Assembly: GCA_964016885.1 (NCBI GenBank)
Contig: OZ024740.1
Coordinates: 253,890,001-253,954,000 of the forward strand
DNA: 64,000 nt
Source: Eledone cirrhosa
Taxonomy: Eukaryota
Reading direction: 5' to 3'
The position numbers and the translations under genes were made by a program. The notes beneath the pieces were generated by a model. The model searched no databases. It saw only the letters and a list, made by a program, of their open reading frames with translations, and was not told the origin of the DNA. Below are positions 1 through 10,319 of this stretch, piece by piece. How positions within the stretch are numbered: the stretch's first letter is position 1; each line of letters opens with the position of its first letter.

Positions 1-2253
1 AATCTTACTTTAAATTGGTTAGAAGTAGCTCCTATATATGAATAAATTGAGTCCTTAGTGTTAACTTTACATTTATATACTATGTTATTAATAAGGCAAT
101 TTCCTTTTAATGGGCAATTTGCTTTGTTTCTACAGTTACAACCTTTCGGGAATGCTGTATCAGAGGAGATAGTCAAATTAGGTGTGGAATTTTCACGACT
201 TGTTGTATGTGAATCAGATGGTGGTTTGCTGTGGTTTATTTTAGTATTATGGTTAGTTTGATGTATTGGGGGTATATTCATGGTTTTTTTACATTTATAT
301 GCATTATAGGCACTTATATTTTGTTGTATGTTTTTGTCTGTTGAGTACAAGAATTTAACCGTTGATCTATTTAAAATTTGATGGTATTTGTGGTTTGGTG
401 GGAAGTTTTTCTCTAGGATAGTAAACATTTTTTTAGGTATATTATCTTTAATTTGTAGATTAAATGGAGCATTATACCAAGTAACTTATCTATTACGGTT
501 TCGATGTTGTTTATTATTTTTATAGGATGTATCCTGATGTTTATTAAGAGAATTATTGTTAATGATTTTATTACACATATTTTTAGTTAGATTCATTGAT
601 TTAGGTGTTTTAGCCTGTTTATTAGGAATTTTATTATTAACATATATTGGAGTATTAGGATGAATAGTTTTTTGAAAGTTACTATATTGTATATTAGAAG
701 AGTTAGAGAAATTAAGTTTTATGTTGGTATTTTTGGGTATAGTGTGAGTGGCATTTAGGTGTGTATATTTCATTTGGTGTTTGTTGGTAATATTGGGTTG
801 TATGTTTATAGTGTTATTGGTACAAGGTATATATACTAATTTGTTTTTGTGGCCACTTCTAGCTAAAGCTTTGTTATAAAAGGTCGCATTTTTATCAAAT
901 ACATCCTGGTTAGACGAAAGGTTAGAAATTCTAAGTGAGATATTATATGCTAGGTTTTTAAGGATAGATTTAGGGTGATTAGATTGTGAGTGTATGTAAT
1001 GTAAGTTTTGGTTAGGTTTATGGTAAGGTTGGTAGATACCCGTAGATAAGTCTAATGTTATATCTAGGAAATTAACTACTTTACTTGTGTTTTCAAATGT
1101 AATATCTAGACTATAATAGTCTTTGAGGAAAGTTCTAATAAGTTTTTTATTTTTTTCAATTTCTGATAGGCTAAGGTTATTGGAAAGAAGAAGACAGTTG
1201 TCACGATATGAGCCACCTTTAAGGTGGGGAAAAGAAGCATTTCTGTTAAATAGAAGAAAGAGGCCCACAAGATCGGTAATTTGGGCAGAATCACTTGAGC
1301 CCATAGTAATGTCGAATAGATTACTATATGTGTTTCTGGTCCAGTATTCTTTTTTGAAATTCCAGTAGTGTTTGTCTAGCATGTGTAATAATATTAATGT
1401 CATCCAAAGTTAAGTTTGATCTATTTTTGGCAAATATCAAGGCTTTGTTCAGGAGTATAGGTGATATAGAGGAATAATAAGTATCTATATCGAATTGTAG
1501 AAATGAAGCAGAAGATTTATTTCTAATATTAGTAAACCAGTTAATTACCTGGGATGTGTTTTCCCAGAGTGGTAAATTAACATGTTTTCTTAATTGTGGG
1601 ATGACTCTATCTAAAATTTTTTTACTAATGATGCCAATATCAGATTTGGAAGGGCCTTATAGAAGGATTAGTTAAAGTTAGATTTGTGATCTTTCAGGTT
1701 GAAATGTGGTTTTTTCAGTGCCAAAGGTTCAGTTCTATCTTCAATATTAAGTCTATTTACTATGTTGTGTGTTTTGTTGTTGATGTTGGTAAGTGCCGCA
1801 TTGTTTGTTTTTTTATAATTTTTCCTGAGTTATTTATATATGAACTCATTGTAATTATCAATATCCATGTGATACAGATTTCCAGTTTTGTCAGAGTGGA
1901 CATGGATTTTGTTAGATTTTTTTAGATCCAATAGGGTAGAATCAAGATCCTTTTGAAAATTAGATTTATACTTCTTAAATTTGAGGTGTTTGATTAAGTT
2001 AAAAAGGTCTTTCTCAAAGTTTTCAAGTAAGGAGTTGTGTGGTGGGTTTTTATATGTAGTGAAATCATAAATATTTCTTATCAGTACATTTTGTTTTTTT
2101 ATCGAAGTGGTCGGCCCTCCATTTGACCCTTTTGATGAATTGGTTGGTTTTTTGTATCATAAGAAGTAAGAATTCATCCTTAGAAGGTATTGGTATATTC
2201 TTTAAAGAAGTTCCCAAGTATTGTTTTTCCATTGTGATATGGATAATGGACAA
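1..2253 (-). mobile_element. Penelope-like retroelement, Naiad-like (RT + C-terminal GIY-YIG), decayed; 3' end lies outside the window
   Basis: N-terminal SLKNIPIPS...FIKRVKWRA (2065-2253). RT motifs FDITMGSSDSAQITDLVG, YRDN (for YRDD), VNFLDITLDL, YHKPN..YIHSQSNHP (ORF 486-1403). Minus strand of 1-140 reads GCNCRNKANCPLKGNCLINNIVYKC...YSYIGATSNQFKVR (Cys knuckle + GIY-YIG). Frameshifts and stops present. Confidence 0.9.
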
Positions 2254-2525
2254 GAAAAAGAGCTCAACTATATATATAGGGAGTTATAAATTTATATATA
2301 TATATATACAAAAAAAAGAATACCCTTATAAAATTAGGAGCAAAGTATGTAGATGAATCTACCAAAATGTACGGTAGTGTCCAATCCGTATGAAGAACTC
2401 AATGTAATCCGAATATCATGAAAAGAGAAGATGTATTCAAACATTGTTTTCCGATGAAAAATATAGGAAAACAGAGTCAAGATAAATTAATAAAAATAAT
2501 GAATAAAAACAAAGAAACAGTTCCT

Positions 2526-5425
2526 TAAATCTCCGGGTAACAGAATCCGGTGGTGGAGAGAGAGATGTAAGGGAATGTAGAATGAGATGTATAGTTTGTA
2601 GAGGAACGTAGGAAAGAGCGTAAAAAATAAAAATAATAACACGAGATAGTGTTACCTTGGGAGAGATTTAATTGTCCCTATATTTCGGATTCGCATCCAT
2701 TAACTGGGGGGTTTTCTGGGGAGTTTTGTTGGTCGGTGGAGGCAGTGCTAAACACACAATAACAATCGTTTGAATGCCACTGTGTGTGTGTATGTGTGTG
2801 CGTGTGTTGTTGTCTTGTTTGTTTACACCAACCACCTCATCTCACTTCTCTCGGATCGGTTATTTATTTGTGGCCCTAGGCGTTTGATCCAAAGTGCTTC
2901 CTTGATTCGTAACTTGCCGACGTTGCGTTCTGTCTCTAGCACTGTGACAATGGGCCTTCCATCTTTGTTTCCGCATTTGGTTATGTGTTTCCGGAAAGAC
3001 GAGGCCCTGGTGTTGATGTGCTCCTTGATCTTGATATGTAGCGGCCGGATTGTGCTACCGATATAGTAGTGGTTGCATGTTTCTGAGGGAATATGCGTCA
3101 GTCGATTACCCGGGTTTCCTGGAGAGGCATCTCCGCAGGGAGGGGCCCGAGTTGGCCAGGTGGATGTCAAGGCCCTCTCTCCGTATAGCCCTGCGGATAG
3201 CGTTGGTGGTTTTCTCGTCCAGGTGTGGTATTTTAAGGAAGCACTTGCCTTGGGTGTTTATCTGCCTCTTGCGTCTGGTGTCTCTTACTCTGTTTGTGAG
3301 CGAGGCTGGGTATCCGTTCGTCTCCAGCACTTTGAGGAATCGCTTAGTGTGGCTGACACCACTCACGGGAACGCTGCATCTGTTCGTGATGTACCCTCTT
3401 TTAGCACTGTTAGGGAGGGAAGACTTGTAGTGGACGAACAAGTCCCTGCAGGCTGCCTTGCGGTAGAAGTTGGTGTGGATCCCTCCCTGCGCCGTGATGT
3501 TGATTCGGAAGTCGAGGAGGGCAAGGGACACGTCGTCGTTAGGGTGTTCAACACTAAAATCAATATTCTTGTCCGTGTTGTTGAACGTCTCATAAATTCC
3601 GTTCGCCATCTCCTGGGAAGATGTGAGGATGAGGAGGTCGTCCACGTACCTTGAGAAAAAGGCGACGGCGTTGGGGTGGCAGGTGATGAGTGCCTTGCAC
3701 TCAAGGCTGTCCATGTATGAGATCGCTAGCACACCCGAAAGGCTTGAGCCCATGGGCAGCCGGTATATTTGGTCGAGAAAACCGAAATACGTTTTGTCAA
3801 CGACAACAGATAGGAGCTGGTAGATGTCAGTGGTGGTGAGTCCGAAGCAGTGTAGGTCAGTAGATTGAACGCGTTCCATCAGTATATCAACGGCCTGGAG
3901 CGCCGGGACCGAGGTGTAAAGTGCGACCACATAAGGCTGAAGGAATATCTGTTAGCCTTTCTGGTGTCCGGATCCATTTGATGCAGGCGCTCCAACACCT
4001 CCTCGGAGCTGTTTGCGTGTCCTGGCAAGGTGTTTAGGATGGGTTTGAGTATTCTGGCTAGGAGCCATGAAATTTTGTGGAGCGGTCCTTCCACACTCAA
4101 TACAATGGGTTGATCTTCAGGTCGGGTCCCTGTTTGTGCGTTTTCACAAGGTGGTAGAAGGCGGGTAGTCTGCTGTTCCTCGTGAGGAGGTTGTATCTGA
4201 GCTTCTTCGGGAGCTTCCGCCGGTAACAGATGTTGGTCCAGGCGGCGTTGATGTGTTCCTCGATCTGTGCGGGAGTGATTCCTGTGACTTTGGAGTAGAG
4301 GTTGTCATTGTCAAGGTGTTGAAGGGCTAGGGTGTTGTAGGCCTCCCTGCTGATGACGCAGAATTCTTTTCCCTTGTTGGACGGGAGGTAGATGAGGTTT
4401 TTTGATTTCAGGTTGGAGAGAGTGGTGAGTTGAGATTTAGTGAGGTTGTGTGTTGAGCGTGTGTGTGTTTGTGTAGAATATCAGAGATGGAGTGTTTTAA
4501 CCTGATGAGTTTGGTGTCGAGTTCATGGTTGGTGGGTGGGGATTGGAGTGGGTTGTCGAGGTGGTAAGTGGGGAACTTGGGGTGGGTTGTGTGGGCGCTG
4601 TTATTTTCCGTGGCGGTCACCCATTTAAGTTGGTAGGCGGCTCGACAGAAGTTGGCTTCGATGTCGAGTTTGAGTCTGTCGTCGAGTCGCTGTGAGATGA
4701 TGAATTTGGGTCCGAGGCGTAGGAGTTCCAGCTCGTTGTTCGTGAGGGTGCTGGTTAGGTCAGTGACCAGGTGCGTCGCATCGTTGAGGTGTGGCTCGGT
4801 GTTGGTGGATGTGGCGGCGGCGGTTGTTAAGTGGCTGTATTCACGTGGTTCTGGTCTGTCTGTTTGTTAATGTCAGTGTTTTAAGCAAGATCCACTTATA
4901 TTTCCACTTGAGCCGTTTTTTTTTGTGTTGGACTCTGGAGTGGTAGCACTGGTCGATTGCTTTAGTGATTTTCAGGAGCAAGTCCCCGGGTGCTATTGAC
5001 AGTCGATGTGTCCGCTCTGAGAGTGTCCGCTTATGGACATGTAATTGGCGGTTGAGATGTCGCAGGATCTGTTTAATACACGAGCGGTGTATGCGGCTAG
5101 CGTTGTTTTCAAAAGCTGGTGTACGTAGGCTTCCTGGTAAGCGGATGTTCCTGAGGGTGGTGGGGATGATATCGTTTTTTAGGCAGCGTTTCAGGAAAAT
5201 AATTTGACAGCCAACATTGGCCCATTTCTCTGACAGTTTAAAAAGTTCCCTTATGGATGCAAACAATTCCTGGCTCAGGTGTAAGGATAAGAGAGTATTG
5301 AAGTTTGCTTGTTATTATTTTTATTTTTTATGCTCTTTCCTACGTTCCTCTACACACTATACATCTCATTCTACATTCCCTTACATCTCTCTCTTCACCA
5401 CCGGATTCTGTTACCCGGAGATTTA
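2526..5425 (-). mobile_element. Penelope-like retroelement, near full length, frameshifted, flanked by a 115-bp inverted repeat
   Basis: ORF pieces 4841-5266 (N-term, FLKRCLKNDIIP), 3106-3930 (ALYTSVP, LPMGSSLSG, FFSRYVDD, LLDFRI, FYRK) and 2823-3170 (YYIGSTIRPLHIKIKEH...KEALWIKRLGPQINNRSE, GIY-YIG). 2526-2640 is the reverse complement of 5311-5425. Confidence 0.9.
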
Positions 5426-5534
5426 CCCATCTGCATTGTTGAGGCTTCCAAAACGACCAAAATAAATAAATCATATATATATATATATATATATTTATAT
5501 GTATGTATATACATATATTTATATATATATATTT

Positions 5535-6147
5535 GAATTTATCTAGCTAATCTCACTTTACAGACGACTTGTCGATTTGAGAATGTACGCAAAACACTTG
5601 TCTTTCCATTTATTCCATAGTCCACTTGATGAGCAGTGTTTTAAATTTCTATTTAAGCCAGTCTAGAATTCTAATTCTCCGTTTTTCTCTTGGATTTTCA
5701 ATTAATATTTTTACATGTTTTTAATAATATGCCTCATTGTGTTGGACCCTTCCAAAAAACTAACCTGCTCCTAGTATTATTATTAATTAATTATTCTAGA
5801 ACCTTCCTTCACCTTGCTCGCTATCCTTGTATATATTTTGCTCCTTCTCAGGTACCGTTCCCCCCGTCTGCCAGCAAGTATAAAATAAATCTTGCAGGAT
5901 TCAAAGGTCAGAATTTATCTAGCTAATCTCACTTTATGGACGATCTATCGATTTGAAAATGTAAGCAAAACATTAGTCTTTCCTTTTACCTGTAGTTCAC
6001 TCGATGAGCAGTGTTTTAAACTTCTATTTAAGCCAGTCTAGAATTCTAATTCTCTGTTTTTCTCTTGGATTTTCAATTAATATTTCACTTGTTTTTAATA
6101 ATATGCCTCATTCTGTTGGACCCTTCCTAAAAACTAACTTTCTCCTA
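5535..6147. repeat. Direct duplication of ~240 bp (5535-5773 / 5910-6147)
   Basis: GAATTTATCTAGCTAATCTCACTTTA...GTTGGACCCTTCC.AAAAACTAAC..CTCCTA occurs twice, ~375 bp apart, with moderate divergence. Confidence 0.8.
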
Positions 6148-6399
6148 AAGTTACCCATTTCCCGCCCTCCCACCCCTGCTCACCACCATTGCTTTATGGT
6201 CCAATCATAACTCAGTGGTTTATAGTAAGTTCTCTTAGAAATCAGTATAGCAAAGCTACCACCTTGGTTATTACTCCTTAAGTTTAGACCTGGTTGATTT
6301 TCTGTTTGCTAGGTGGCCTGCGGAATTTGGAAAGTCTGAACCCTCAATGACAATGTCACAGATAAAGATAAATTCACCTCCCGCTGCAGGACGAGAATG

Positions 6400-9300
6400 C
6401 AAGGATCCCTTTTTATTTCAGACACGGATGACCAACATAATTCCGTCTCCCACACCTCCCTGCCCCTCCAACCCATCCATCCCACCCTCCCAACTTCAGA
6501 GTTGGTACCATGAACGTAGGCACATTGAAAGGTCGCTCAAATGAGGTTGTAGAGATGCTTGAACGTAAAGATGTTGATGTTTGTTGCGTCCAAGAGATGA
6601 GGGGGAGGGGTGGGCCTGCTAGATACATTGTGGGTAAAAAACAATGCTATAAACTTTTCTGGGTGGGAAATGACAACGGACAGGGTGGTGTAGGAATTAT
6701 GTTAGCTGAAAAATGGGTAGATAAGGTAATTGACGTAAATAGAGTGAATAACAGAATAATCAAAATAAGACTAGTTCTAAATAGAACTACTGTGATAATA
6801 ATTGTTTCTACTTTAGGCACAAGGCCAGCAATTACTCAGTACATTACTGGTACTTTATTTTATCGACCCCGTAAGGATGAAAGGCAAAGTTAACCTCGGC
6901 GGGATTTGAACTCAGACTGTAAAGGGACGTAACTATGCTAGAAAGCATGCTGTCCAAAACTCTACCGATACTGCCAATTCACCGCCCTACTGTGACAATA
7001 ATATCCGCTTATACACCCCAATCTGGTCTACCTGACATTATAAAGGACAGGTTCTATGAGTCGCTAATGCACACTACTTCCCAAATAACTGACAGCGACT
7101 ACTTAATTATTGCTGGCGACCTAAACGGTCACGTTGGACAACATACTGATGGCTATGATGGAATCCATGGAGGCTGTGGGTTTGGAAATAGAAATGAGGA
7201 AGGTTTCAGAATCCTGGAACTCTGTGACGCCAATAACCTAACATCTGTGACACAAACTTCAAAAAATGAGAAAACCACTTGATCACCTATAGATCAGGGG
7301 AACATGCCAGCCAGATAAATTATATCCTTACTAGAAGACGTGACAAAGTCTCTGTTGTAAACACTAAATCCCTCCCCCGTGAAGAATGCACCTCCCAATA
7401 TGGCCTAGTAGTTAGTGACCTCATAGTCAGGAATAGACGTACTCGACGACAGAGGACTACCTTGAGGAGAAGATTATGGAAGTTGAAGGGTCCCATAGCC
7501 AGTGACAAATTTAAAAGCTTATTACTTGATGCCTTTGACAATAGGAAGAGCAATTAGAGATGTGCAATATAGAGGAACAGTGGGAATTCTTGAAAGTGAA
7601 CCTGCTGAAAGTGACAGATAAAATCTGTGACTGGAGCAGACCTATTGGCAGGAGGAGAGTAACTTGGTGGTGGAACAGTAAGGTGGAGGAGACAATCAAG
7701 GCCAAAAAGCATGCTTGGAAAGTATGGCAGGATGGGGGAAGTAGAGAACACTATCAAGTGGCCAGGAGAGAAGCTAGGAGACAAGTGTACCTTGCAAAAA
7801 GGGAAGCAGAGGATAGAAAGTTCAAGCATGTTCTACAACATGAGGACCAAAAACGTGAGGTGTTCAGGATTGCTAGACAATGTGTCAAGGAAAACCGTGA
7901 TATTGTCGGGGAGAAGTATGTCCGTAATGATAATGGTGTACTTGCCCTCACTGATACTGATAAGAAGGTAGCTTGGAAGTGTCATTACAAGAGACTATTA
8001 AATGAGGAGAATAAATGGGAAAAAGATAGTCTGCCCCAAATCGATCCAATAGAAGGACCAGCAGTGCAAGTTAAAGGTAGTATAATAAGTAAGGCAATCA
8101 AAGATATGAAGACAGGCAAAGCAGCTGGGCCTTGGGAGATAGTTGCTGAGATGTTGAAGGCATCTGGAATGGTGGGACATGCTATGGTCACCCGTATAGT
8201 AAACCAAGTTATACAGAATTATGTCATATCAAAAGACTGGCGTAGAAGCAGCATCATTAACTGCTAGAAGGGTCAAGGGGATGCTCTAGATAGGGAAAAC
8301 TATAGAGGCATTAAGTTAGTTGACCAGGTCATGAAGGTCACAGAAAGAGTTATAGCGCAACTAATCAGAGAGCGAATTGATCTAGATGAAATGCAGTTTG
8401 GGTTTGTGTCAGGTAAAAGTACCACAGGCGCTCTTTTCCTTGTACGACAACTACAGGAGAAGTACCTAGCTAAAAGTAAACCCCTCTACTTAGCTTTTGT
8501 AGACCTGGAGAAAGCCTTTGACAGAGTCCCCCGCTCCATTATCTGGTGGGCTCTTAGAAAACTAGGTGTAGATGAATGGCTTGTGAGAGCTATACAAGCC
8601 ATGTATAAAGAAACAGTCAGTAAGGTTAGAATTAACAATGAATATAGTGAAGATTTTAGTGTAAAAGTTGGTGTTCATCAAGGCTCTGTCCTTAGCCCCA
8701 TCCTTTTTATCATTGCCCTTCAGGCTATTACAGAAGAATTTAAGACCGGCTGCTCATGGGAACTCCTATACGCAGATGATCTAACTCTCATAGCTGAATC
8801 TATGGCTGAACTAGAGAAGAAATTCCAAACATGGAAGCATGGCCTAGAATCAAAAGGCCTTAAAGTTAACTTGTCTAAGACTAAAGTTCTAGTTTGTAGA
8901 AAGGAAAATAAGGCACAGGTGCCCCCAGGGAAATGGCTATGCTCAGTGTGTAGGAAAGAAGTAGGTAGAAATTCCATTTTATGTCCCAAATGCAAACTAT
9001 GGGTACATAAAAGATGTAGTGGGATCACAGGTAAACTATCTAAGAACGTAGACTTTATATGTGACCGATGCTCAGGTGCAATAAGTAGCAAGTGCCCACA
9101 GGATACTAGCTCCTTCTATTGCCCAGATGGTTCTATAGAAATAGTGGACACTTTCCGTTACCTGGGTGACAAAATCAGCAGTGGGGGAGGGTGCTCTGAA
9201 AGTACAGTAGCCAGAGTCAGAACGAGATGGAAAAAGTTCAGAGAGCTTATACCACTATTGGCCGCTAAAGGGTTCTCTCTAAAAATGAAAGGTAGGCTGT

Positions 9301-10112
9301 ATGATGCCTGCATACAAACATCAATGCAGTGAGACATGGGCATTGCGTGCAGAGGACCTGCGCAGACTGGAAAGGAACGAAGCATGTATGCTCCGTTGGA
9401 TGTGTAATACGTGAATGGAAAAGCAATAATGAACTAAGTGAGAAATTAGGAATAAGAGGGATCAGATGCTGTTTATTTGAGAGAAGACTATGTTGGTATG
9501 GTCAGGTGATGCGCATGAAAGACGATAGCTGTATAAAAATGTGCAGGGTGATCAAAATTGATGGAAGTTACGGAGTAGGTAGACCCAGAAAAACCTGGGA
9601 TGATTTGATAAATTCCGACATTACACACTTGCACCTCTCTAAGACAATGTCACTGGACCGAGATCTTTGGCGCTACGCAGTAATACAGAAGACCCGCCTT
9701 GCCTATATACAAAGCGAAACCTACAGTCAGTATGCACCTCTTAACCAAATATACACCCAATCCACTACCCCTACTTTATCCTCCCACTCCCACCCTCTCT
9801 CTGTAAAGTTGGTACCACAACATTCAGTCCAAATAAATGAGATAATGAAATCGAGATTGTGTAGGTGTCATGACAAAAAAACACAGTCCACGCTGTAATG
9901 TGGCCGTGTAGGTAACATGGTAAATAGTTCCCAGTTCCACACTGAAAATGTGGTTGGTGTTAGGAAGGGCATGCAGCTGTAGAACCTGCCAGATAGTCCT
10001 ATATGAGCGAGACACGGTCACCCGACCAAACTCGCCTCAAGTGGGACAACTAGCGTCTAGCCCATGCTAGCGTGGAAGATGGATGTTAAACGAAGATGAT
10101 GATGATGATAAT
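6400..10112 (+). mobile_element. RTE-like non-LTR retrotransposon (subfamily A): APE endonuclease + RT with internal PHD finger; near full length, decayed
   Basis: APE motifs NVGTL, VCCVQE, ISAYTPQ, AGDLNGHVG, SQINYIL. RT motifs QFGF, AFVDLEKAFDRV, GVHQGSVLSP, LLYADD, FRYLG. RTE-type C-terminus RLCWYG...GRPRKTW. Tail ends in (GAT)n. Several stops and frameshifts. Confidence 0.93.
6803..6986 (-). mobile_element. tRNA-derived SINE (Meta-domain-like body) inserted in the LINE APE region, 16-bp TSD
   Basis: Minus strand: A box TGGCAGTATCGG, B box GAGTTCAAATCC, body GCCTTTCATCC..GGGGTCGATAAAATAAAGTACCAG. TSD CTACTGTGAYAATAAT at 6787-6802 and 6987-7002. The APE frame resumes after the insertion. 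Confidence 0.9.
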
Positions 10113-10319
10113 GAAAATATCTATGTATATATATATATCTATTTATATATATGTGTATATATATATTGTTATACTTTGGGAGGGTCATGTTGCCAATAAG
10201 AAACACACGCACCAGTTGCTTTCACTTCAATTTATTATATATTTATAAATTTATAAATTTACAAATCTACAAACTTATAAATTTCTGGTTGGTTGGTTGG
10301 TTCCACAACCAGATAGTTG

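Noticed and set aside
2444-2480. CCGATGA...GAAA hammerhead-like string
   Set aside because: No stem II or stem I pairing
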